The position numbers and the translations under genes were made by a program. The notes below the pieces were generated by a model that saw only the letters and a list, made by a program, of their open reading frames with translations, did no database searches and was not told the DNA's origin. Positions 16,125-44,060 of a stretch of DNA of 64,000 nt are shown here, one piece after another (the stretch's first letter is position 1; each line of letters opens with the position of its first letter). The stretch comes from the human T2T-CHM13v2.0 reference genome, Homo sapiens: assembly GCF_009914755.1 (NCBI RefSeq), contig NC_060927.1; one strand, given 5' to 3'.

Positions 16125-19100
16125 CCCTTATCCCAGCCTGGAATGTGGCCTGCAGAAGGTTCTCTGTGTCTCTTCACCTGAAGCCCTTTCTTGGCTACGG
16201 AAGCATGTTCAGCCTAGGTCCAACAACAAGGAGTTAACATCTCAGGAGTAATCCTCATCTTGATAAATTAAGGCCTGGTGGATACATTCCCAGCTTCCTC
16301 ACGTCTCAGTGGGATTGAGCGTGGTGGTCCACAGTGCTAACCTGCTCATTAACACACATTTTATCTCCTTTCTTCCCTTTCCTACCTCATGCCTCCGTAC
16401 CCTCACCCCACTTTCTGGGATCCCCTCCCCACTTCAACCAAGATCCCTGCCTCAGGGTTTTGCTTTTGGGGGAGCTGAAATAAAACATCTGGTGCCAGAA
16501 ATGGCCCTAGAAAGTGGCCTCAGGATGAGACACTGGACTTGATGCCAGCCAGATGACAACAGGATCCCACTGCTAGTAGTAAGTGTAGTGGTGATAAACC
16601 CTGTCACACTACTGGGTTAGTTACCAACACTCTCACCTGGGTATGGATTGGAATGAAAGAAGAGAAGACAGTCTCTGATTAGCCAACTATTACCTGAAGA
16701 GATGCCCTGACAACTAGAAAGCCCCCAGGTCTCTATTTAAAAGAACCCACATCTCCTATGTGCAGAAGCCAGAATGTACTGAGAATCCGGCCCATGATTG
16801 GATTACAGCAGTGATGCAGATTCAAAGGAGACCAAATTCACATGCCCGGAAAGTCTCCTTTGCTTAAGTCAGGGCCCTGATTGGGAAGGAATGTGACTCT
16901 GAGATATGAGGGGCCCATTTGGGCAAATGCCCTCAACGACCTTGATATCCCAGATTCTTCTGAACCCTTGGGTCTAGAAGAAGTGGCTCACTCCCCCTTG
17001 CTAGAGGAGGGTAGCCTCCTATCACCTGGAAGCCATTCCAAGGCCTCTCTTGAAAGGAGACTGGCAAGATAACCTTGGTCTTCCTCAGGATCGGTCCCTA
17101 CTTCCACTCATTACTTCTAAACCAATAAATAGGGCTGAATATCAGCATGCCCTATGCAGAGAAATATTATCCTGCTTTGAGAAGAAATGGATTAGTCCCC
17201 CAAAAGAACAGAACCTGGACTGGCAGAAACTGGAAGAACATGTATGGTTATGGATCTTGAGGATGCTGGCCTAGTGGGAAGTAGAAAAGAAGTTGGATAA
17301 GGAAGAGTTTATTGACATAGACTGTCTTCTGTGACTCAGGATTTGGCATGTTTGTAAGAACACATGGAGCCAGTCCTAATACACTGCTGCAATGGGCCTT
17401 GGTGCTTGAGGATGATGGTATGCCAAAAACGAGGTGGAGATTCCACAACTGCTTAACAAGAGTGCTGAGGAGGGTTCAGAAGGCTCAGAGGGATGACATG
17501 CTAGAATGGATATAAGGCGAGAGAGCCCACCCATGGGCAGGGGTATTTCCTTCACTGAAACAATAAAGACTGCATTGGTAAGGGGACATTAACATTGTTG
17601 AGAAGCTCAGTGGTGGCTGTCTTCTGTTGGCTAGAACTGACAACAGAAGATGCTGGCACATAACTGGGCCTCCTATGATAGGAAGGATTCCAGAACAAAA
17701 AACTAATGGCTGCACTCAGACATTAGAGGAATAAAATGAATACAGTAACCTAATGGGCCGTAAGGCCAGAAGAACAACCAGGGAGCCAAGGACCAGTGGC
17801 TAATAGATTACGGCGCTCCTAGAGGTGAGGTGAATGGGCAGTCAATGAAGTTACTGTTATAAAACCAAGCCAACCAACCAAACAGCTGATGAGTAAAAGA
17901 CTGATGTCAGCCACCACAGTGGAAAATCCTGATCTCTCATAGTTACCAGACCTAGTCAGTTCTCAGTTCCAGAGCCCATGGATTGAAGGAGAGTCTGGGT
18001 CTCCTGAGGAGGAGCCCTGCAGCACTATAGCAATCTTAAATAATACACACTGTCTCAAATCTTTCCCAAAGAGCCCCATGGCCATTTTTCAGAGTAACTG
18101 TATGCTGAGAAAGCAGAATATACACATCTTTCAAGAGCTACTCAACATAGGGCCTGAGTGACATACCCAGGGGATCTAAAGCACCACCACAGCCCTCTTG
18201 TTAGAGTGGGACATATAAGATAGGCAATCTATAAAGTTCTGACCCAAGGCTATCTCAGGGCAGATCCAGTAGGCCTGTGGGTCAATCCCCTGATCTCCCT
18301 TGTTTCTGAGAGGATAAATGGGATGAGTGCACTTAACTGAGAGACCCCAAAATTGGTTTCTTGACCTGAGGGATAAGAGCCATAATGGTAGAAAAGGCTT
18401 ATTTAATGCTCCAAAATGCTCTCTCCATCCCACCCCCTCCCCACTCCTGGTCAAAATCAGGGGCAACATCCCAGGAGTATTGACAGTGATCCCCACAATA
18501 TCCCATTGAATGGTTCCTGCAAAGCAAAACAGAGCAAAAGTGGAAGATGACAGTGGACTAACATAAACCAAGAAGTAGCTCCAATAGCAGCTGCTGTGCT
18601 GGATGTAGCATCCCTTCGAGTCAGCACTTGATATGAGGCTGGAGATTTGGTTAATGAATTCTTTTAAATCCCCTTCAGAAAAGAGAATCAAGAACAGGTT
18701 GAATTCACCTGGGTCAGATAACACAGTGTACACTCAAAGTTTTGCTCCAGGAGCATATAAACCCTCCTGCTCTGTTACAAAACTGTCCAAAGAAGTCCTT
18801 GATCATCGTGACATTCTGTAGAACATCATCCTGGTCCAATACTTTGATGACAAAATGTTAACTGGACCTAGTGAACAGGAATGAACTGGCAAATAATCTG
18901 AGTGTTCCTTATGACACATGCACCAGAGAGAAGGAGGTAATTCCTACAAAGATTCAGAGGTCAGAGGTCCAACAATCTAGGGAATACTGGGACATCCTGC
19001 CAAGTCAAGAGCCAGTTATTGCATTTTGTACCTTCTACTACTAAGAGAGGTAAGCACTAGGTAGTATTATCTGGATTCTGAAGTCAGCATGTACAACACT

Positions 19101-20216
19101 TAGGAATATTGCTCTGACCATTTCTTGGGTCACTCAGAAGGCTGCAAGTTTTGAGTACACAGTTAGGAGGGCTTTGTACCTCTCTATGGTTCAGGCTGTA
19201 GTGTAGGGGTACCTCTTGGTGATATGTGGGGGTAACAATAAATGGGAAATTTCACAAATACAGCAGGACAGGGGCAAAATGATCAGGGGCTCAGACATCT
19301 AAGAAAGGAAAGTCTAGGTCATCTCATGAGGCCAGCCATGCTGACCAGCAAAAGTGCTGGTTGAGGGTGAGGGGAATCTAGAATAAGTAGAAGAGGGAGA
19401 TGATAAATGTTAATTATGGCTTCAGGACCAATATGCAACAGAGAGGACTACAGCCTGTCCCACTAAGCTTTTCGTTGATGTTTTCCTTTTTGTATTCATT
19501 GTTTTAAAAATATTGTGACCAACCATTATCCTCGAGAGAAAGTGAACTTAACATGGGACACCAGGTGGTACAGTAGAGCGGAGTGGATGGCTGGAGATGC
19601 TGGTGATTACTTCAACATATCCCCTTCATCTATTCCCAGAGGTTTTCTTTTCTTTTAATTGAGATATAACTTACGTATAAAATTTATCATTTTAAAGTAT
19701 ACAATTCAGTGATTTTTAGTATAGTCACAAAGTTGTACAACTATTACAACTATCTAATTCCAGAACATTTCATACCCTCAAAATGAAATGCAGGACCCAT
19801 TAACAGTCACTCCCCATCTACTCCTGAGTTTGCAAGCAGACAGTTCCCATGCTTGGCTTCTGGAGGAGTCTCTTTGCCTGAGAGCATTCTCTGGAATTTG
19901 GTCTACATCCAGGCAGGCTGGACATGGCAAGGAATTAATACCTCAGATTTCTAACCTCAACCAGTGAGGGATGGAAAGTGGTGGATAATATTCCCAGCTA
20001 CCTTGTCCTTCAGTGTAATAATTCAGAGATGTTTTCTGTACCATGTCTCAGAGGGTCCCCAGCAGGATTGGGTCCCAGTTGCCCATAGTGGTGACTCTTT
20101 CGATCTGTCTCAGTTCCTCAGTCTTCCGCGGGATTTCCTGAAATCACTTCCCAAATAAACTACCTGCACCCAAATCCTTATCCTATAGTCTACATTTGGG
20201 AAAACCCACCTACGAT
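16125..20216 (+). mobile_element. Decayed ERVL provirus (LTR16-type LTRs + ERV3-16A3-like internal region)
   Basis: 5' LTR ends ..aaataaaaca at 16487, followed by a tRNA-Leu-type PBS TGGTGCCAGAAATGG (16490-16504). RT remnant LVQYFDDKMLTG has YFDD at 18840-18851. The 3' LTR (~19590-20216) has AATAAA at 20154-20159. Both LTRs share ggtggata..ttcccagct.cct (16277-16299 and 19980-20003). Confidence 0.75.
19655..19822 (-). mobile_element. L1M 3'-end fragment inserted in the ERVL 3' LTR
   Basis: ttgagatataactt..tttaaagtatacaattcagtgatttttagtata..ttccagaacatttc..cccattaacagtcactcccc. Confidence 0.75.
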
Positions 20217-20308
20217 TCTTTTCAACAAGACTATCATGAGGTCTTTGTCAAGCACCTTGCTGAAATTCTGACATACTATACCTCTCATGCTTTTAAAAAG
20301 ACAAATGA

Positions 20309-20607
<299 letters not shown>

Positions 20608-20639
20608 GACAAACGAGTTTAGTCTGCCGTATCATGTGA

Positions 20640-20797
20640 TCACATGCCACTATGTGCAGCTAATTTTTAAATTTTTTGTAGAGATGGGGTCTTGCGATAT
20701 TGGCCAGGCTCGTTTTGACTTACTGGCCTCAAGCGATCCCCCTGCCTGGAACTCCCAAAGCGTTGTAATTACAGTCATGAGACACCGCGACTGGCCC
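20640..20797 (-). mobile_element. AluJ/FLAM left-arm fragment
   Basis: tttgtagagatggggtcttgc..ctcaagcgatcc..ctcccaaag. Confidence 0.75.
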
Positions 20798-20979
20798 TGC
20801 CATACCTGATTTCTTACTAGGGAGATCCATGCTGGCTCCTGGTGGTTATGTTTCTTTTCCAAGTGCTCATGAAAATCCATTTAATAAGCTGTTAGTTAAT
20901 TTGACAGTAAGCCCATTGTTATTTTACAAAACTATAAAGGATTTTCCAAGTTCCATTTTGCTTTGTCTAACAGTGGTTT

Positions 20980-20985
20980 TTTAAT
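20980..20985 (-). terminator. Distal polyadenylation signal ATTAAA
   Basis: Variant hexamer about 25 nt upstream of the inferred transcript end. Confidence 0.6.
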
Positions 20986-22004
20986 CTGTAAAAGTTAAAG
21001 GATGTATTATAGGCAAAAAAGAGAGGAAGTTATACTTCATATAATGTAAGAGATTGAGTACTGTTCACATCAATTCATGTTTTACAATAGGCAATAACAG
21101 CTACACGCTTACTTGATGAAGGAGCTGATGACACAATCCAAAAGACACCACAGTCCCCCACAAAAGCCTCCAAACCAGTTGTCACCAACCCACTCACCTC
21201 TATTCAAGACAGAGGTCATTACCTTTAAGTATAATATTTCCCCTTTTTCCTAAGCAGTTTTGAAAATGGTTTTGTCAAAATATTATTGTCTAAATACTAC
21301 TGTTTTGTCTAAATGTGAAATATCATTTTGCTGAAATAGCTTTTCTTTCTGGAAGACTGGCTTACATGACAATTTATGATTTGAATATCTAGTGGCAAAG
21401 CTTTGGAACATAGGCATTTACACATAAGCAGAGGGAAATCATTAATGCCAAACTTTTGCAACCAATATATATCTAAAAGCACCAAGGGCTTAAAATTTGA
21501 GCATCTCTATAAATCTCTTTCAGTTAATCAGAATGGAAATAATGAATAGCAAAGGCTTTATCAAATAAGATTACACAGTCAAGGTAGGGCAGTATTTTTC
21601 TTATGCTGAGTTTTATAAGACATAAGCAAATTATCATTTAAACATTTATTTAATATAGGTTAAAATGTAATACATAAAGAGAAAAAATGAACACAAATGT
21701 CAAACAGAAGAAAACCCTTTATATTTTATTTTGGTCAACAAAAAGTCTGTGCATAACTCAGCAGCAGGCCTGAATTAAATTAAACCAAAGCTGCATTGTG
21801 ATGGCCATCAATGTACAGACTGCCTGTCTGGCTTAGCACATCAAAAGTCTAATCAAGGCTCAAACCACCATCCTTAGAAATCCAATATATATATATATGA
21901 AAAAGGCTTTCTTTCTCAGTTAAATTAGATAAGTCTTAAAGTTGGGAAACTACTAAAAACAATAAAAATTTAAAACTGTATTTTGCTAAAGGGTATAGAG
22001 TAAA

Positions 22005-22028
22005 TAACAACAACAACAACAACAACAA
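22005..22028. repeat. (AAC)n microsatellite in the 3' UTR
   Basis: taacaacaacaacaacaacaacaa. Confidence 0.9.
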
Positions 22029-23618
22029 AAATGACAAACCAGAAACACTAAAATGTGTTTACATGTGAAAGAATCATCACGTTGATTTACGTCAAAGAAC
22101 ATCATATTTGTTTATCTTAATGCTTGGCATAGTTGGTTTTAAGGTTTTAGAAATATTTTTGAATTTATTATTAAACAATAGGAACGTACTGTACAGAATA
22201 TTTCAAAACTGCTACCAAGAAAACAAGTACAAATTCTACCTAGCAATATAGGTTTCTTATCAACATACCTTTTTTCCTCACTGGTTTCAAACTGACAAAG
22301 GTGTAGGGAGAAAATAATTGAATGGTTTCTGAAGGCCACACTAGCCCTTTAGCCAAGAGTTCTGCTTCTGAATTACATAGAACATCTTGGTCCACAGACA
22401 ATGGAATGGATTTTTGGAGAGAGTGTCAATTTAGGGCTAAAGAAATACAGGGTGAGAATGAAGCCCTCAACAAAAGCTCCAAAAGGGCACAGAAACTGGT
22501 AAGTGACCTAAATATGGAGAGACAGGTGAGGAGAAAATACATAGTAAATGCTGGCTCGTTATTGCATTTTATTCTCTCCCTTCTCTCATCCATTCATCTT
22601 CTTAAGACTGCCTTCTGTGTCCTTTTGCAGGGAAATTATCTTACCCTTTAACATTTGTTCCTTCACTATTTTAACAAAAAGCCTATAAGAAAAATAATAA
22701 ATTCAAGGCTATTACTAAAAGCTTGAATAAAAATAACAACAAGCCCTATGCTCCAATCAGTAAACTCGTTTCTTGGAATAAAATCTTCATTTGTGGAAAT
22801 GGAATGATGTCTCTTAGTAGACAGTGTTCATTTAGGGTGTGATACTCTCACTTTTAGAAGCAGGAAAAATTACTAAATATTAATATGTGAAAAGTAAGGA
22901 CTTTCCTTCTGAGGGATTATTGCTTTATGGACTTGACTTTGTTTATCCTTATAGTATATCACTGCCTTACATAACTGTGGATATGATGCCCAGTTTCTAA
23001 TGATTTGTCCAAAATCGTCTGAGAAAACCAGGCCAATACAAATATAGTGAAAACCTCTTGAAAATACAATTATTATAGACCCACATAAATAAAGTCTAAT
23101 CTGAAGTCTGATAGCTGATTTTATGTTGAATATACGTCTTTTAAAAAGTGTTCTTATTGAACATAAAATGTAAAATAACATTCTGGAAACAAGTATAAAT
23201 ATTACATTTATTCTGAGTCCAGATACTTTCTAAACTGTAGAAGTGCAGGATGGATTTGACTTATCCATTAGTAATACAGACTCATGAAAAGTTATGCTGC
23301 AAAAAATGCTGAACCTCCTCTGATAAATGATCTTTAAGATGGAGAGACTGAGGAAGCTAAGTGAATGTTCATGTTCACTGCTGTAAATTTTCCTTATAAT
23401 TGGTAAAAAGGCTACCCATAATAGAATTCACATTTTCAATGAATTTATAGTTTATCATCAAATAGAGTAAATGAATTAAGATTTCATTTTTAAAAATAAA
23501 GAGACATATTTATTTGTAATAACTCTCTTTTTTTGGTAATAACTATCTTTAACAATGCTATTATTTATTTTTACCCATGGGGAATGCATAAGTACAAACA
23601 TTGTTAGCTTATTTAACA

Positions 23619-23624
23619 TTTATT
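23619..23624 (-). terminator. Candidate proximal polyadenylation signal AATAAA
   Basis: Minus strand: TGTA..AATAAA-15 nt-CA-A-TGTTTGT, i.e. upstream UGUA, hexamer, CA cleavage dinucleotide and GU-rich downstream element. Confidence 0.55.
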
Positions 23625-23953
23625 AAAAATACAGACTCTTTATACTAATGCAGAAGGATAAGCCTCTTCTTCCCACTCTAAAAATCTCTTCTTTGCTGTA
23701 AAGAATTCTCAGTGCATGTGAGCTAAGACTCTGGAGCACTCAGTAGAGAGGTGTGTGGGATGACCAGACAGAATCACTAGGTTTTCTCTGTTTTCAACTA
23801 GCTGAAAATAGGAACTCTAGTTCTAAATATTCAAAGTCTAAATATTAGAAAAATAAGGAGAGGGGATATGACAAAATGCTTTTCAAAATACATGCCTGAG
23901 GTGAGACTGCTTGTATGTTTGCATGTGGTAGCTTCCAGAGGAAATCTTCAGTT

Positions 23954-39631
<15,678 letters not shown>

Positions 39632-39760
39632 GGCGGCAGGCAGCGGCGGCAGCCTAAAGGAACGGGAGAGGCCAGGCGGTGCCCCGCCAAGCCTGGGATC
39701 GCCGAGGGTAGTTGGACCACAGAAAATGGGGAAGGAGGGTAGGTTGTTTAGAAGCCTCTG

Positions 39761-39775
39761 GTTGCTAACGGAAAC
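39761..39775. promoter_or_regulatory. RFX X-box GTTGCT-AAC-GGAAAC
   Basis: Fits the GTNRYY-N0-3-RRNAAC X-box consensus typical of ciliary/BBS gene promoters. Confidence 0.75.
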
Positions 39776-40339
39776 CGAGGCACGTGGACTGCAATTATGC
39801 ATTTTCATTGGTCCTCAGGATCACGCGACAGGAAGTATTGCGTAACCGGTTGACTGCCACATGCGCATTGGCTTCCAGGGCCGGAAGTCCCACCTTTTTG
39901 TGCCAGTTCACTTTTGGGAGCTGACTGCAGTTGCAGAAGGTAGCGGGAGGGTTGGGCTGCCTGGAGTTGCGTGTGGCCACCAACGCGCTTCGCGCCTCGT
40001 GGCGTCCGCTTATGGATTGTTGGGAAGTTCTTGTCCAGAACTTCCTGTGGCATAGGTGACCCCAAGGATGAATGGACATCCCAGACCTTTCAATGGTCTC
40101 ATAGGGCGCGGCCCAGACATTTTTTTTTTTCAGGAGTTCCTACCTGAGCATCAGGGTGGCTGAGACAGGCCAACAACACCAATGCCAGCAGGTTCTCAAA
40201 TAGAGCTTCAAACGACCCCTCCCCATGACTCCGCCCATTATTATTACTGTGTTGTTATTATCTTCTCTTATATTTCCAGCTAAAAGTCTCTAGCAACATT
40301 TTTCCATTTAAAAAAAATGCAAAAAGCATGGGTTTTCTC

Positions 40340-40525
40340 CGAGAGCAGTGAATTTCAAAAGGTTCCATATGCCTGGAACTACTATGGAAGCTTGTTGAAC
40401 AAATTCCTGGGCCTTATCTCCAGAAATTCTGATTCACAAGTCTAGCTTGGGTCCTTGGGATCTGCACTTTTTAACCGATGTTCCAGGAGTGATCACAGAT
40501 CAGGACCACTCTTAGAAACACTGGC
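40340..40525. mobile_element. MER5A-type MITE
   Basis: cctgggcc..ctccaga.attctgattca..gtct..tctgca.tttt.aac..ttccagg..ggaccactcttagaaacactg. Confidence 0.65.
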
Positions 40526-43500
40526 TTGGAAGGACAAGTGTAGGATGAGATCGATTATTGCAAATACCAGGGACTCAGAGTCCTTCACTCACATGATACA
40601 GAGGTGATGTGCAGGCATTTGCCCACAGAAGGATCTCAAGCCTTGGGTCAAGAACAGTAAACAAGGTTCTCCTGTGTGTCACCTGGAGCATTCCAATGCA
40701 CGGAATGATGGCCTGAAGGCAGTGGCGTGGGTATGCCCAACTTCAGCTTTGGCTAGGCTCCCTACCCTTGGCACTGCAATGGCATTTGGGCAGGATCCCT
40801 GTCTTCTTGAAAGATTCCTAAGGGCAGATTCTCTCAACCCTGAATATTAACCCCTTCCAAGCTCAGTTAAACTTCCCCTTTACCATCCCACCTCCCCATT
40901 TCTGTTTAGTGAGTGTTGTTGAATTTGGTTGCCATTATTTAGTGCCTACTATGAGCTATTAATAGACACATTCCATTCCAGTAGTTAATCCTCATAATAC
41001 GTGGTTCTTTCCTCTGTAGACATTCGTTGTGTTCACATAGTGAGAGGGTCACTTTACAAGGTGTTGTGGGTGCGAGATGAAGTTCATAAAAACTTTTATG
41101 ACTGATCAGTAAACAAAGTTGGTCATCAGCTTGCACTGCTGAAAAGCTCGTTTATTTTCTCCCAGGCCAAATCTTGTGATTGCGAAGTGTTATCAATTCA
41201 AGGGAATGAAAGGAGCGTGTGTATAATGCAAATATTACATTTGTGGCTTGGGGATTTTAAAATTTGTTCTGCAAAACTCCATCAGCTAGTTATTGTAATT
41301 TAAAATTCTGCTTTAATCTAAAATCTTCTATACCAAGGAGGTTAATCACCATTAGCCAATCTACCCAACAGAGTTGAGTGTTGTTACATAAGCTGTCTAA
41401 ATAGTGTCAGCAAATCTGAACATGAATTTTAGTCTCAAAAGTGATGAATTTGGCTCATGAAAAGGCTGAACTTGTACTTCAGGTTGTTTACTAGTGCGGG
41501 TTGGTCACCAAAGCAAACAATTCGAGCCGTGAGGGAGAACAGCTCCATCCTACTTTACTAGTGATCTTCTTAGGCTCTGTTTTTATTTATTTTAATTGCT
41601 GTGACAGTTTTTTAAAATGTGTGTATGTGTGAGTGTATGTGTGTGTGTAAATTTGGAGGGAGGCACACAAGTCCATTTTTTACCTTTTAGCAGAGTTCAA
41701 CATAAATAAAATGAAGATAAATTCTTTTTATATTATTATGAAATGAGACTTATGACTTTATAAGTTCCCAGTCATCATACTAAGACCACCAGTTTCAGGG
41801 TGTTTGCAACCTAGACTTGGCAAAAGGAGGAATGGAAAGCTGATCATGGCCTCCTCAGGGATGCCAACAGATTCACTCATTCTGCCACTATTTACAGAAC
41901 CCCTGTTGTGTGCAAGGTTCTGTGGCCATGATAGTGAGTCTGAGGAAAAAATCTGAGGGGAAAATCTGAGGGAAGAAGTGGAGGGACTCAGAAAGCCCCA
42001 GCTGCCCCTGCACTATAAATTTTGGGGGGATGCAGGGGGACTAAGGTGAGGCTTTACTTAAGTAGAAAGAGGAAATGAAGAAAATGATTAAGTAAAAAAA
42101 AAATAGGTGATACACAGAAAATGTAAAAATCTGAAAGGTTATATGGGAAAGAGAAAAGTTTGATAAATATTGAACTGGTAGTAGGTGGAAAATAGGGGAA
42201 ATTATTTTAGGACATTATTCTTAAGAAGACAGGATCTTTGCAGCATGGCTTCTTGCATGAAGTTCTACCATACAAGTTCTCTTCAACTTCCCCATCTTGC
42301 CCCACCTTGGCTGCTGAGAAAGTAGCCAAGACCTTATAGAAGAGAAGGGCCCAGATTACAGGGCTCTTTACAGGAGATATGCATTTGAGTAGGCCTGAAG
42401 TAGGCAAGAGGCTATTTTCAGTTGCTTTCAAAACACCCTAGTGACCAGCAGGGTATTGGAGAGTGCTGACAAACTAGATTAGTGAAATCACTATCACATG
42501 CATTAAAGCAGGTCAAGCAAGGAAGTGGTTCACCATAAAATACAACTCCCTCTAAGAATGTGTGGATGTTGGCAATTACTTAGCCCAAATGATAGATTAG
42601 TTTCACTGATAATCTCAATGCATTAACAACACCCCAAAGGGAACAAACACCGAAACCATCAAAATGAGAAGTCTACCTCAAAAAATTTTAAGAATTGGTT
42701 GTGGGGAATACCTTCTTGTAAAGTACAAGAAAAATTGATTGTAAAGATGATGATACGCACCAGCTCCTCTTTCCATACTCCCTTATGCATATACATTTCA
42801 GTTAAACCCACAAGCTCAGTCTGTATATTCAGCAGCTGTTAATGGAAATCTGGATACTCGCAAGACACAATGGGGAAGGGAATAATGAACAAGATGGGAT
42901 TGGTCTCTTTCAAAAATGGCCTTATAATCAAGTGAAGGGAGAATTCAAGCTTGCAGAATAATTTCAAAGTAGACAGTAAGTAGTAGGGTAGTTCAGAGAG
43001 GGTGCGAGATAGTTCACTTCTGTTGAGGCTGGAGAGGAGAGATTCAGAAAAGTCTTCCAGAAGGCAGTGGAATTTGGGCTAGGTTTTAACAGGAGTGTGG
43101 AAAAGTTGGGGATGAGTGTGATGATTGTGAAATTGAGAGTTGTCTTGGACAGGGAACCAGAATTTTCATCAGGTGCTGCAGTAGAAGTGTCCAGAGATGT
43201 ACATTTATTATTATTACAAGTGGCAAACTACAAAAAGAGATATACTGACAGCTTATACAAGGATGGAGCACCTTTAAGAGTGTCTTATTCAGAAATGTGG
43301 GTCTTCCTAGATCTGTGGTCTTCACTAAATGTTTCCATGGACTTCTGGCAATGTAAGGGTGTTCACCAATTGCATTTCATCATAGAAAATGTAAACAAAA
43401 AATTAAATTTGCTCAGAAAGTTTTGCCTACAAAGCTGGGGCTGTGTAGTCCTATTGGAAGAGCTGAATAGCTGTGTCATGAATAGCTGTGTTCATGACTG

Positions 43501-44060
43501 GAAGTTTTCTCAATGGGATGGATAAATAAAATATGAAAAATAAAGTGAACTCAAACGGAAATGTCATTTTTAGCCAGCTTATATGAGTTTGTCTTCCCAA
43601 CTACTATGTTGCAAGCTCCTTGAAGGAAGAAATATTTATTATATAATAACATAGTATGGCTGGGCTATAAGAAGCTCTGAGCTATGCTTGCAGAATTAAA
43701 TTGGAGATAAACAGGAACATCTCAACAAACATTTGTGAGTTCCTACTGGGTTCCAGATACTGTGTTTGTGGGTTGCTTTTGGCCCTGGACATGCCCTCTC
43801 TTGGAAAGCATATCATAAGGCAGCAGACATATTCAGCTATCCCTGTTTCCCATGTTAAATGTAACTTTGAGGTGATTTATATAACTTTTAGGAGTTTTTG
43901 AGAATGAATTATTTAGTTCTCATGACTTAACCCTTATGTTTTTATATAACTACTGTTTGAGTTCTACTTTGACTTAATGCTACACTTTGAAGACATTCCA
44001 TAAAACAATTACTAATTTATATTTTGTGGTTTCTTTTAATATTTTGAGCCCAAGCATTTA

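Larger units (their letters stand above)
20956..23953 (-). other. LZTFL1: LZTFL1 3' UTR (~3 kb, AT-rich)
   Basis: Continues from the stop codon. A minus-strand ATTAAA (plus tttaat 20980-20985) gives a plausible distal end near 20960. The exact end is inferred and partly from recalled annotation. Confidence 0.7.

Noticed and set aside
18176-18733. 185-aa minus-strand ORF
   Set aside because: Antisense to the decayed ERVL pol region; no coding signature.
43067-43525. 152-aa plus-strand ORF
   Set aside because: GTG start, begins in L2-like sequence, no recognisable homology.
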